Source: Bacteroidota bacterium (GTDB taxonomy: Bacteria > Bacteroidota > Bacteroidia > Flavobacteriales_D > Crocinitomicaceae). From it: a stretch of DNA of 64,000 nt. The notes under the pieces were generated by a model. The model was not told the DNA's origin, did no database searches, and saw only the letters and a list, made by a program, of their open reading frames with translations. Where the stretch lies: positions 8,090 to 72,089 of the forward strand of contig JAJRQQ010000025.1 in the NCBI GenBank assembly GCA_024280155.1. The letters are read 5' to 3'. This document shows, in pieces, positions 21,307-30,908 of the stretch (positions are counted from its first letter, which is position 1; the number at the start of each line of letters is the position of its first letter). The position numbers and the translations under genes are program-made.

Positions 21307-23199
21307 ATGAAAACAGGTAAAATTAATGTACAAACGGAAAATATATTTCCAATCATTAAAAAATTCTTGTACTCCGATCACGAAATTTTCTTACGTGAGT
21401 TGGTATCAAATGCAGTAGATGCATCTCAAAAATTAAAATTCTTCTCAAAAAATGGCGAATTTAAAGGTGATTTAGGTGATCAAAAAGTAGAAATCATTTT
21501 AAATTCTACTGAAAAAACATTAACAATTCGCGATTATGGAATTGGAATGACAGAAGAAGAGATTGAAAAGTACATCAATCAAATTGCTTTTTCTGGTGCG
21601 GAAGAATTTGTAGAAAAATACAAAGGAAAAGAAGGAGCAGAACAAATTATAGGTCATTTTGGTCTTGGTTTTTATTCTTCTTTTATGGTAGCAGATAAAG
21701 TTCAAGTTCGTTCACTTTCATATAAAGATGGTGCTAAAGCTATTCAGTGGGAAAGCAATGGTACAACAGATTTTACAATTGAAGAAGTTGAAAAAGAGTC
21801 GGTTGGGACGGATATTGTCTTACATATTTCAGAAGAATCGGTTGAGTTCTTAGAAAAAGAAAGAATTCAAGGGATTTTAGATAAATATTGTAAATTCTTG
21901 CCATTTCCGATCGTTTTTGGAACGAAAACAGAATACATTGAAGATCCAAAAGGAGAAAAAGAGGAAGACGGTAAAGTAAAAAGAGTTGCGGTTGATGTTG
22001 AGAATCAAATAAACAATACTTCTCCAGCTTGGACGAAAAAGCCATCTGAACTAAGTGATGAGGATTACAATTCATTCTATAGAGAGTTGTATCCATCGAC
22101 AATGGAAGATCCACTTTTTCATATTCATTTAAATGTAGATTATCCGTTTAATTTAACGGGGATTTTATACTTCCCTAAATTACAGGAAAATATTGAGGTT
22201 CAACAAAATAAGATAAATCTATATTCTAATCAAGTTTTTATCACGAATAATGTTGAGCAAATTGTACCTGAATGTTTAACACTTCTACACGGTGTTATTG
22301 ATTCTCCAGATATTCCATTGAATGTTTCTCGTTCATACTTACAAGGTGATTCTAACGTTAGAGAAATCTCTTCTCATATTACAAAGAAAGTTGCTGATAA
22401 GTTAGCATCCATGTATAAGAACGACCGAAAAGATTTTGAATCAAAATGGGATGACTTAAAAATATTCGTAGAATACGGAACGCTTTCTGATGAGAAATTT
22501 AGCGAGAAAGCGAAAGCGTTTTCTTTGCTTAAAAGCACTGATGGAGAATATTTATCTATCGATGAATACAAAGAGAAAGTTTCTGCAATCCAAACGGACA
22601 AGAATGATAAAGTTGTTTTCTTATACACGAATGATTCAACAGAACAGTTTGGTCTAGTGAAGAAAGCGAAAGACAGAGGATATAGTGTTTTGCAAATTGA
22701 TGGGCCAATTGCTCCTCACTGGATCGCAAAATTAGAGCAATCTTATGAAAATATAGCCTTCGCTCGTGTGGATGCAGACACATTGGATAAATTGATTCAA
22801 AAAGACGAAGAGATTCCTTCAAAATTATCGAAAGAAGAAGAGGAAGAATTAAAACCTCTTTTTGAAGCTTCTGTGAATAAAGAAAAATACACCGTCCAGT
22901 TTGAAAGCATGAGTTCGGATGATGCACCAATAATCATCACTCAACCAGAATTTATTCGAAGAATGATGGAGCAACAAAAAATGGGAGGTAGCAATGGCTT
23001 TTTTGGAGCTTTTCCAGATTCTCGTAATTTAGTTGTAAATGCTAATCACGATAAAATTCAAGAGATTTTGGAAACAAAAACTGAAAAGTCTAAAAAGAAT
23101 AAAATCAAACAATTAACAGATATAGCTTTGTTATCACAAGGAATGTTAAAAGGAGAAGCTTTGGATGCGTTTATCGAAAGAAGTATCGAAAAGGTTTAA
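21307..23199 (+). CDS. htpG: molecular chaperone HtpG (Hsp90)
   Basis: N-terminal GHKL ATPase motifs (FLRELVSNAVDA, DYGIGMT, GHFGLGFYS); 630 aa. Confidence 0.96.
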   Translation: MKTGKINVQTENIFPIIKKFLYSDHEIFLRELVSNAVDASQKLKFFSKNGEFKGDLGDQKVEIILNSTEKTLTIRDYGIGMTEEEIEKYINQIAFSGAEEFVEKYKGKEGAEQIIGHFGLGFYSSFMVADKVQVRSLSYKDGAKAIQWESNGTTDFTIEEVEKESVGTDIVLHISEESVEFLEKERIQGILDKYCKFLPFPIVFGTKTEYIEDPKGEKEEDGKVKRVAVDVENQINNTSPAWTKKPSELSDEDYNSFYRELYPSTMEDPLFHIHLNVDYPFNLTGILYFPKLQENIEVQQNKINLYSNQVFITNNVEQIVPECLTLLHGVIDSPDIPLNVSRSYLQGDSNVREISSHITKKVADKLASMYKNDRKDFESKWDDLKIFVEYGTLSDEKFSEKAKAFSLLKSTDGEYLSIDEYKEKVSAIQTDKNDKVVFLYTNDSTEQFGLVKKAKDRGYSVLQIDGPIAPHWIAKLEQSYENIAFARVDADTLDKLIQKDEEIPSKLSKEEEEELKPLFEASVNKEKYTVQFESMSSDDAPIIITQPEFIRRMMEQQKMGGSNGFFGAFPDSRNLVVNANHDKIQEILETKTEKSKKNKIKQLTDIALLSQGMLKGEALDAFIERSIEKV

Positions 23200-23220
23200 T
23201 ATTTTTACAAATGAATATTG

Positions 23221-23259
23221 AGAATGTCTCTCGCAGTTGGTGAGAGACATTCTTTTTTA
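23221..23259 (+). terminator. intrinsic terminator of htpG
   Basis: agaatgtctctc-gcagttggt-gagagacattct followed by a T run. Confidence 0.8.
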
Positions 23260-23273
23260 AAAAAGATGACATT

Positions 23274-24050
23274 TTGAAGTGGTTATTGGCAGTTGGCGGT
23301 TTTTTCTTGTTTAAAGGTAGTTTTATTGGGGCTATCTTCGGATTTATCGTAGGTTCTTTTATCGAGAATTACCAAAAAGTAATTGGTAATGCAAAAGCAA
23401 ATGCACAAAGAGAGGGGAGACCTTTTTCTACAGAGGATTTGTTTAACTACTATCAGCAACAGTCTTCTACTAATGATGTTCCCACGATGCTTATGGCATT
23501 GTCGGCTGCTGTAATGAAGGCAGATGGTAAAGTTTTAAAAGCAGAACTGAATTACGTGAAAACTTTTTTCAACCAACAGTTCGGACCTCAGTTTTCATCA
23601 CACCATTTACAAACATTAAAACAATTCCTGGATTCAGAAAATATTCCTTTGCAACGTATCTGTAGAGATATTCAAATGAGAATGCAACCTGCTGTTCGGG
23701 CACAGTTATTACATTACCTTTTTGGAATTGCAAAAGCGGATGGAGACGTTTCTCCTGATGAAATTAACGTGATTCAAAGAATCTCTCAAATGTTAGGCGT
23801 TTCTTCCATTGATTTTGAGAGTGTGAAGAATATGTTTTACCGAAATGTTGATTCTGATTACGCTGTTTTAGGTATTGAACCAACCGCAGCTGATGACGAA
23901 GTGAAAAAAGCGTATCGAAAGATGGCCATTAAATTTCATCCAGATAAAGTGGCTCAAATGGGAGAGGAGTATCAAAAAGGTGCGAAAGAAAAATTTCAAA
24001 AAATTCAAGATTCTTACGAAGCAATCAAGAAACGTCGAGGAATGAAATAG
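23274..24050 (+). CDS. DjlA-like membrane co-chaperone (TM + TerB-like domain + C-terminal J domain)
   Basis: N-terminal hydrophobic segment, TerB-like ADGKV...ADGDVSPDE repeats and J domain KKAYRKMAIKFHPDK. The start is TTG as written. An ATG at 23266 would come into frame with one extra T in ATGACATTTTG. Confidence 0.75.
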   Translation: MKWLLAVGGFFLFKGSFIGAIFGFIVGSFIENYQKVIGNAKANAQREGRPFSTEDLFNYYQQQSSTNDVPTMLMALSAAVMKADGKVLKAELNYVKTFFNQQFGPQFSSHHLQTLKQFLDSENIPLQRICRDIQMRMQPAVRAQLLHYLFGIAKADGDVSPDEINVIQRISQMLGVSSIDFESVKNMFYRNVDSDYAVLGIEPTAADDEVKKAYRKMAIKFHPDKVAQMGEEYQKGAKEKFQKIQDSYEAIKKRRGMK

Positions 24051-25111
24051 TTTTTGCTATTTTTTATCTCCACACCGACAAAGTCTTTATCGTACCATTT
24101 TTTTAATGAAAAAGCAGTATTACGGGCAATTATTTTACGACCTTTTTCAGCATAGTGTTCGGTTGTCCAGTTTTGGTCAATAAATTGTTCGTCTTCCACA
24201 GAGTTAAGATTGTTAATAACCGTTACTCCTTTATTATGATAATATTTAACAAGTAATTCAGCATTCTTATTCATCATCATTACCAATTCATCACCAACCA
24301 ATTCTTTGGCTTTTTCAATGTTTTCTCCCAATAAATTAAAGACTAAGTTCCAATTTCGTTCTTTTGCTAGTTCAACAATGTCATTAAAATCTTGGATACG
24401 TGGGTTTGTCATCGTATCAATTTGAAAAGCATACGTTTTTACATAGTGACAAGCTAATTCTGTGTTTTCTTTGTCATACTCACCATTTTCTTTCTTTTTT
24501 GCACCTTTGGTAGCTAACCAATCATCCCATTCTCGAACATTTTTAAATTGAAATTCGTTGGAAGGTTTAAATTCATCGACAATCCATTTTTCTAAGAATT
24601 GTTCTTTGCGGTCTTTTTTTGTTTTGATGTCGTACCCTTTGAATGAAAGTAAAAACCGATTGTAGAGCGGTGGTTTTTCCTTGAGTAGAACCATACTCTT
24701 TTGTAATGGAGTTTCCAAATCTGAATAAATCCAACTGGCATCAAAAGAACGAATGTTAAGTGTCACAATGATAGTTTTGACTTGATTTTCTTTTGGAATG
24801 CTGGCCAATAGAACTTTATAGATACCAGAATGAGTCGCAGGATTAGAAATGTCATGCAAATTCAATTGAGGGTAATAATCACCGATAAAATCAGAAATGG
24901 CTCTTTTGTCTTTGTCATCTTCTCTAAAAGTTTTGTTTGAAGATTCTGCTATATAAATAATATCAGCATTATTCGGAATATTTCGAACACTATTTACGAT
25001 GTCCGAATGTTTTTGAAGATCATTCTCAAAGAACCATTTTTGATAGATGAAGTTCAGTGCAATGAGAATTGCAATCAATGAAATCGTTTTATAAATTATT
25101 TTTAGTCGCAT
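24014..25111 (-). CDS. membrane-anchored partner protein of the adjacent MBOAT acyltransferase
   Basis: One N-terminal TM (ISLIAILIALNFIY) and a large extracytoplasmic domain. It lies 5 nt downstream of the MBOAT gene on the same strand. The 3' end overlaps djlA-like by 37 nt. Confidence 0.5.
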   Translation of the reverse strand: MRLKIIYKTISLIAILIALNFIYQKWFFENDLQKHSDIVNSVRNIPNNADIIYIAESSNKTFREDDKDKRAISDFIGDYYPQLNLHDISNPATHSGIYKVLLASIPKENQVKTIIVTLNIRSFDASWIYSDLETPLQKSMVLLKEKPPLYNRFLLSFKGYDIKTKKDRKEQFLEKWIVDEFKPSNEFQFKNVREWDDWLATKGAKKKENGEYDKENTELACHYVKTYAFQIDTMTNPRIQDFNDIVELAKERNWNLVFNLLGENIEKAKELVGDELVMMMNKNAELLVKYYHNKGVTVINNLNSVEDEQFIDQNWTTEHYAEKGRKIIARNTAFSLKKWYDKDFVGVEIKNSKNYFIPRRFLIAS

Positions 25112-25116
25112 TGATT

Positions 25117-26532
25117 TTAGAATTGGAAATAAATAAAAGGAAAATCTTCTACTCCAGCAAATACGATGATGCTAAAAATTAGAATTGTATAAATCGACCA
25201 TCTTCCGATTAGAGGGAATTGAGCAATCCATTTATCAAAACGTTTATTGTATAATAAAAAGTCACTGAGCATGAATAAAATTAAAAACACCCAAACGAAC
25301 ATGGGGGTACTTAATTCTGTGCCTGAAAGATTTGTGTTGTGAAAGAGTGAAGAAAAGACTTGCAACGCTTCATCTAAACTTTGACTTCTAAAGAATACCC
25401 AAGCAATCGTAACGATGATGAAAGTTTTGAATGCAAGCATTAAATGTTGTAGAGAAAAGGGTTTTTGTTCTTTTTGCAATTTAAACAGACGATTTATTAG
25501 ATGCTCGACGAGATAAGTAACTCCGAAAATACTTCCCCAAATGATAAACGTCCAATTCGCACCATGCCAAAATCCGCTGACGATAAAAACGATGAGGATA
25601 TTCAAAACCCATCGACTGAGTTTTACTTTATTTCCACCTAAAGGAAAGTAGAGATAATCTCTGAACCATGTGGAGAGGGAAATGTGCCATCTTTGCCAAA
25701 ATTCTGCAATATGCTTTGCTAAATAAGGCGTTTTGAAATTGTCCATGAGCTTTATCCCCATAATCAATGCACTACCTATTGCTATGATTGAATATCCATA
25801 GAAATCACTGTAAATCTGAATGGAGTAGAATGATATGCCCGTTAAAATATCCAAAGATGAAAAATTTTCAGGTGAAGCATAAATTTGTTCTACGACTACG
25901 GCTAAATTATCTGCAATGACCATTTTAATAAACCATCCATAAAGGATTAAACGCAATCCATTAGCAAAATTTTCATACGTAAAAGTGTGATTCTCTTTGA
26001 ATTGTGGTGTTAAACTTGAAAATCGTTCGATGGGACCAGCAACCAACTGAGGAAAAAAGGAAACATATAATGCAAAATACCCCAAATGCTTTTCTGCTTT
26101 TTGTCGACCGAAATAAACATCAATAGAATAACTCAATGTTTGAAAAGTGTAGAAGGAAATACCAACGGGTAAAAGGAAATCCATCATTGGAATATCTTGT
26201 GAAAGTCCGATTTTATCAAATAATAGATTCAAATTCTCTGCTCCGAAGTTGTAATATTTGAAAAAGAACAATAAACCGAGATTAGTCACAAGACTAAGAA
26301 TGAGAAAGGGCAGTCGCTTTTTCTTAGAAGATTGTCTTTCCATCATCAATCCACTGAAATAATCGACAAGTGTTGAGAAAATAATTAAGAAAATATATTC
26401 TACTTTCCAACTCATGTAAAAGTAGTAACTCGCAGCAAGGAGTAGTACCCAACGAAATCTTTGAGGTGTTAAATAGTAGAGAATAATTACAACAGGCAAA
26501 AACAAAATAAATTCAATGGAGTTAAAAATCAT
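25117..26532 (-). CDS. MBOAT family O-acyltransferase (AlgI/DltB-like)
   Basis: 471 aa polytopic protein with conserved WRRWH-type FWQRWHISLSTWFRDYLYFPLGGN and FVSGFWHG. Confidence 0.88.
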   Translation of the reverse strand: MIFNSIEFILFLPVVIILYYLTPQRFRWVLLLAASYYFYMSWKVEYIFLIIFSTLVDYFSGLMMERQSSKKKRLPFLILSLVTNLGLLFFFKYYNFGAENLNLLFDKIGLSQDIPMMDFLLPVGISFYTFQTLSYSIDVYFGRQKAEKHLGYFALYVSFFPQLVAGPIERFSSLTPQFKENHTFTYENFANGLRLILYGWFIKMVIADNLAVVVEQIYASPENFSSLDILTGISFYSIQIYSDFYGYSIIAIGSALIMGIKLMDNFKTPYLAKHIAEFWQRWHISLSTWFRDYLYFPLGGNKVKLSRWVLNILIVFIVSGFWHGANWTFIIWGSIFGVTYLVEHLINRLFKLQKEQKPFSLQHLMLAFKTFIIVTIAWVFFRSQSLDEALQVFSSLFHNTNLSGTELSTPMFVWVFLILFMLSDFLLYNKRFDKWIAQFPLIGRWSIYTILIFSIIVFAGVEDFPFIYFQF

Positions 26533-26731
26533 GAAGTTTATTTTTTGTCTTTAATTGATGTTTAAGTTTTACACGCTATGAAATGTGTTCTAGAATTTTT
26601 CAAATATAAGAATTTGTAATTATTTAATGCAATAGATGAATGAAATGAATTTTTGATTTCAATATCTAATTCATATCTCTAGAGGTGTGAAAAAGAAAGA
26701 AATTTATGGTGTGCGTAGTCGATGTAAATTT

Positions 26732-26785
26732 CATTGCAATAAATAAAAATATTTACGAAGAACTAAAAAGTGCATTCATAAATTT
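26732..26785 (+). repeat. direct repeat copy 1 (34 nt identical core 26752-26785)
   Basis: cattgcaataaataaaaa...tttacgaagaactaaaaagtgcattcataaattt recurs at 27008-27068. It ends in TAAATTTG, a match to the Bacteroidota -7 box TAnnTTTG. Confidence 0.85.
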
Positions 26786-26827
26786 GTTGTTTCCTTTTTC
26801 CTTGATGAAAAAGAAAGAAAAAATCAA

Positions 26828-26968
26828 GTCGAAACAATGCTTCCATGCGCTCTGCTGAAAATCAATAATTCCTACAAAAGAAGTGTTTTTCAAACACAAT
26901 GACGGAGCACTTTTGTGCAATTATTGAGATTTTCATCATTCACACCTCCACCGGCCCGCTGTTTCGAC
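26828..26968 (+). ncRNA. candidate structured RNA element (unclassified)
   Basis: gtcgaaaca (26828-26836) is the exact complement of tgtttcgac (26960-26968). Nested inside, gaaaatcaataatt (26857-26870) pairs with aattattgagattttc (26919-26934), and acaaaag..gtg pairs with cacttttgt. A competing UUCG-loop hairpin sits at 26953-26973. No ORF over 55 codons. Confidence 0.2.
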
Positions 26969-27007
26969 AGGCCAACGCACTTTTAGATTACGCTTCTAAA
27001 TATAAAT

Positions 27008-27068
27008 CATTGTAATAAATAAAAGTCTTTAATTTTTACGAAGAACTAAAAAGTGCATTCATAAATTT
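27008..27068 (+). repeat. direct repeat copy 2 (34 nt identical core 27035-27068)
   Basis: Same unit as 26732-26785, with a ~7 nt insertion before the core. Confidence 0.85.
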
Positions 27069-27338
27069 AGCGGGCACCAAAACACCGCAAAATTCGTAAA
27101 TTTAAACAACTGTTTGAGGAGGCACGACGAGTTTTGTTTCAATTAGAATTGAGGATGATTTTGGTCGTTGAATTTATGACAGCACTAGACTTTTTTGTTA
27201 CTTTTTTCGGCAATGGAAAAAAGTAAAGAAAGATCTAACTCTAAATATGCAATATTTTATCAGGCACTAATGATTTTCAAAATAAATTTCTTTCTAAAAA
27301 CAAGAATTATCTCCTTTCAACGTTGTACATTCGTGCGG

Positions 27339-30300
27339 ATGTCTTTTTTGCAGAAAAATAGTCTAATAATTCTACTTCTTGTGATGACCAATTTTGCCTG
27401 GTCGCAAGAGTCAAGTCTGCGTGTAAAAGAAATCGATTATTCCGCAGACACCATTCAATTGGACTCTCTTTCGATTTTCCCCAACTCATTTCAATTGTGG
27501 TGTGGTGATAATTTACTCACAAAAGATGATTATTCGCTCAACTTTGCAAAAGCCGAATTGATTTTAAAATATCCCTGTTCTTCAAAAGTAAAAGCTGAAT
27601 ATCGCGTTCTTCCCATGAATTTATCTCAGAAAATGAGCGTGCGAGATACTTCGATGATTTATGCAGAGAATAAAGGATTTAGAGAACGCTTTTTAATCAC
27701 TAATTATTCGCAAACAACAGATGTTTTTGGAGGAGCAACCTTATACAAGTCTGGTAGTATTTCCCGAGGAGTTTCTTTTGGGAATAATCAAGATTTAGGT
27801 GTGAATTCTTCGCTAAACCTTGAACTTTCAGGGAATATCACGCCGAATTTAAAACTTTTAGCATCGGTTACAGATGATAATTTGCCTATCCAAGCAGAAG
27901 GAAATACGAATAAATTACAAGAATTTGATCAAGTTTTTATACAGATTTATAACGATCGGTTTTCTTTGATTGCAGGAAACTTTTGGCTAAAAAAGCCCAC
28001 AGGATATTTTATGAAATACAATAAAAGAGCGCAAGGTTTAACGGTTGATTATCAATGGACAGCGGATACAGCACGTGTGTGGAAAACACAAGTCAGTGGT
28101 GCATTGTCAAAAGGAAAGTTCCAACGGCAAATTATTCAAGGAAGTGAAGGGAATCAAGGTCCTTACAGGTTGCTAGGGAGAGAGAATGAGCCATTCATCA
28201 TTGTTCTCGCAGGAACGGAGAAGGTTTTTATTGATGGTAAATTATTGGAGCGTGGACAAGAGTATGATTATGTCATCAATTACAATACTTCGGAAGTTGT
28301 TTTTACTTCTCGAAATTTAATTACGAAAGATTCTCGTATTGTGGTAGAATTTCAGTATTCTGACCAGAATTACGCACGTTCTTTGTTTCAAACTTCAACC
28401 ACTTTTACTTCTGAAAAATTCAAATTTTGGTTCAATGCATATTCTGAACAAGATGCGAAAAATCAATCCTTGCAACAAGAACTTTCTTTTGCACAGAAAC
28501 AAAGGTTGTCAGCAATCGGAGATACACTTGATTTAGCACGAATGTCAAGTATCGATTCAATTGGATTTTTTGAGAATCAAAACATGTATAAAATGATAGA
28601 TTCTTTGGGGTATGACTCTGTTCTCGTTTATTCTATTGCTACTGATTCTGCGTACTTCAGAGCTACCTTTCAATTTGTAGGTGCAGGAAAAGGAGATTAT
28701 GTTTTTAGTCACTTTAATGCCTTAGGAAAGGTATATAAATGGGTGCAGCCAATTGCCGGTGTGTCGCAAGGAGATTATGAACCTTCACGATTGATTGTTA
28801 CACCGAAACAACGTCAAATGGTAACCATGGGTGTTGATGTACAACTTGCCAAAGGATTAAGCCTTATCACGGAAGTTGCTTACACCAAAAATGACATCAA
28901 TACATTTTCAAGATTTGATTCTCGTGATGATAAAAGTTTTGGAGGACGTGCAAAATTAGTAGGGGATATCCCCTTGAGCAAAGATTCTATTCCAAAATGG
29001 TTGCTCAGAACAAAAGCAGAAATTGAAGCAAGAGACCAATTTTTTAATCCGATAGAACAATATCGAGCCGTAGAATTTGACAGAGATTGGAATACAAGAA
29101 ATAAAGGATTTAAAGGTCACCAGGTTGCTTCAACAGTTGGGTTGAATTTTATAAATCGAGAAAGTGGAAATTTGAATATCGAAGGGCAATCTTTTGTCAT
29201 TGGTGGTGATTATGAAGGTTTACGTTCTGAATTGAATGGGAAATGGAACAAGAATGGCTTTAATGCAGTTTGGGATGGGAGTTATTTGTCGAGTAAAACG
29301 ACCGAGTCCAATGAGTTTTTGCGTCACCGTTTAGATATGTCACAATCGATTGGTTTTTTGAAAATAGGATACAAAGATGACCATGAATTGAATCGTTTCA
29401 ATGCAGATATTTTAAAAACGAACAGTTATCAATTCTTCGATTATCAATTTTACATTGCCAACAGCGATAAGATTAAAAACGAATATCGATTATTCTATCG
29501 AGAAAGATACGACCAACTTTCGGACAGTTCTCGATTGGTAAATACGGCAAAAGCAAGATCGATTGGAGGAGAGGTGAGAATTACGCAATGGAAAAATCAA
29601 TCGTTGAATGTTTTAGGAAGTTACCGTGAATTGAGGATTATAGATACCGTTTTGATGAATATTGCACCCGAGAATACGATTTTGGGTAGAATTGACCACG
29701 AGGTTCGATTGTTTAAAAGTGCGCTTTCTCTGAATACTTTCTATGCAATTGGTTCAGGCTTAGAATTGAAAAGAGAATTTTTGTACATCGAAGTCAATTC
29801 TGGACAAGGAATCTATACATGGATTGATTACAACGGTGATGGCATCAAAGATTTGAATGAGTTTGAGATTGCACAATTTGTCGATCAAGCCAATTATATC
29901 CGTGTATTTACACCGAGTAATGAATATGTGAAAACCTATTCGAATGAATACAATCAATCGATTTTTTGGCGACCGGAACGCATTTGGGCATCTAAAAAAG
30001 GAATTTTGAAAGTGTTGTCTTTATTTTCTAATCAAGCAAGGGCGAGAATTAAACGAAAAACGAATTACTTGAATGGAGCAGAGGCATTCAATCCTTTTGA
30101 CCAATCAATAGATGCACAAAATTTAATTTCTACCTCTTCAAATTTGAGAAATACATTGTTCTTTAATCGAACATCCAGTATTTTTAGTGCAGATTACACA
30201 TATAGTGATGTGCAGAGTAAAACTTTATTGGCGAGTGGCTTTGATGCTCGGTCAGTAACTTTTCATGAGCTTTCTTTCCGATGGAATATTCTAAAAAAGT

Positions 30301-30779
30301 ATTCGATTAAAGCATCAGGGAAGATAGGTAATAAAGATGCTCGTGCAGATTACGTTTCTGGAAGAGATTTCTCGTTGGATTATTATTTCATAGAACCGAG
30401 TTTTATTTACCAACCAAATACTGTTTTTAGAATCACATTGGATGGTCGTCTTTCTGAGAAAAAGAATAGTCAGCAGTTGGGTGGAGAGGTATCTTCCGTT
30501 TTAGAGGTTGGAACAACTTTTAAATACAATCAAGTTCAGAAAGGAAGTTTGCAAGGTGGCTTTAAAGTGATAAACATTAATTATACTGGCGTTCAAAATT
30601 CTGCGCTAGGTTTTGAAATGCTCGAAGGACTGAAACCAGGTGTAAATTATACATGGAACGTAGGCTATCAACGTTCTATCTCAAAGAATTTACAATTATC
30701 TATCCAATACAACGGTAGAAAATCAGAGGGCAACCGAACCATTCACGCTGGAGGAATGGAAGTGAGGGCATTTTTCTAA
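27339..30779 (+). CDS. very large outer-membrane beta-barrel protein, family unknown
   Basis: ATG at 27339 gives signal peptide MSFLQKNSLIILLLVMTNFAWSQ. The ~1146 aa are rich in alternating beta-strand patterns and end in ...GGMEVRAFF, a C-terminal aromatic typical of OMPs. Confidence 0.6.
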   Translation: MSFLQKNSLIILLLVMTNFAWSQESSLRVKEIDYSADTIQLDSLSIFPNSFQLWCGDNLLTKDDYSLNFAKAELILKYPCSSKVKAEYRVLPMNLSQKMSVRDTSMIYAENKGFRERFLITNYSQTTDVFGGATLYKSGSISRGVSFGNNQDLGVNSSLNLELSGNITPNLKLLASVTDDNLPIQAEGNTNKLQEFDQVFIQIYNDRFSLIAGNFWLKKPTGYFMKYNKRAQGLTVDYQWTADTARVWKTQVSGALSKGKFQRQIIQGSEGNQGPYRLLGRENEPFIIVLAGTEKVFIDGKLLERGQEYDYVINYNTSEVVFTSRNLITKDSRIVVEFQYSDQNYARSLFQTSTTFTSEKFKFWFNAYSEQDAKNQSLQQELSFAQKQRLSAIGDTLDLARMSSIDSIGFFENQNMYKMIDSLGYDSVLVYSIATDSAYFRATFQFVGAGKGDYVFSHFNALGKVYKWVQPIAGVSQGDYEPSRLIVTPKQRQMVTMGVDVQLAKGLSLITEVAYTKNDINTFSRFDSRDDKSFGGRAKLVGDIPLSKDSIPKWLLRTKAEIEARDQFFNPIEQYRAVEFDRDWNTRNKGFKGHQVASTVGLNFINRESGNLNIEGQSFVIGGDYEGLRSELNGKWNKNGFNAVWDGSYLSSKTTESNEFLRHRLDMSQSIGFLKIGYKDDHELNRFNADILKTNSYQFFDYQFYIANSDKIKNEYRLFYRERYDQLSDSSRLVNTAKARSIGGEVRITQWKNQSLNVLGSYRELRIIDTVLMNIAPENTILGRIDHEVRLFKSALSLNTFYAIGSGLELKREFLYIEVNSGQGIYTWIDYNGDGIKDLNEFEIAQFVDQANYIRVFTPSNEYVKTYSNEYNQSIFWRPERIWASKKGILKVLSLFSNQARARIKRKTNYLNGAEAFNPFDQSIDAQNLISTSSNLRNTLFFNRTSSIFSADYTYSDVQSKTLLASGFDARSVTFHELSFRWNILKKYSIKASGKIGNKDARADYVSGRDFSLDYYFIEPSFIYQPNTVFRITLDGRLSEKKNSQQLGGEVSSVLEVGTTFKYNQVQKGSLQGGFKVININYTGVQNSALGFEMLEGLKPGVNYTWNVGYQRSISKNLQLSIQYNGRKSEGNRTIHAGGMEVRAFF

Positions 30780-30908
30780 AAAATATTTTTTTGTTTGGGA
30801 TAGGATTTTTTCGTATCATTGAATAGTTAAAAGTCTGTTTTAAATTGTTGGTTCCATGCTGATAATGACTCACTCTTGATTTAAAATGAAAGATTCAAAC
30901 AAAAAAAT

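Noticed and set aside
26940-27110. tmRNA, tRNA fragment or SRP RNA in the GC-rich patch (ggcccgctgtttcgacagg, agcgggcacc)
   Set aside because: The resemblance to tmRNA 5' ends is only superficial. There is no tag reading frame, no T-arm/CCA-type 3' end and no SRP GGAA-loop motif.
27195-27338. N-terminal extensions offered by the ORF track (27195 for the large OMP, 38057 for the esterase, 3245, 21221, 56566, 45150, 9691, 12245)
   Set aside because: Internal ATGs give canonical signal peptides or family-typical N-termini and remove overlaps with divergent genes. Several of the upstream starts are TTG/GTG codons in spacer sequence.
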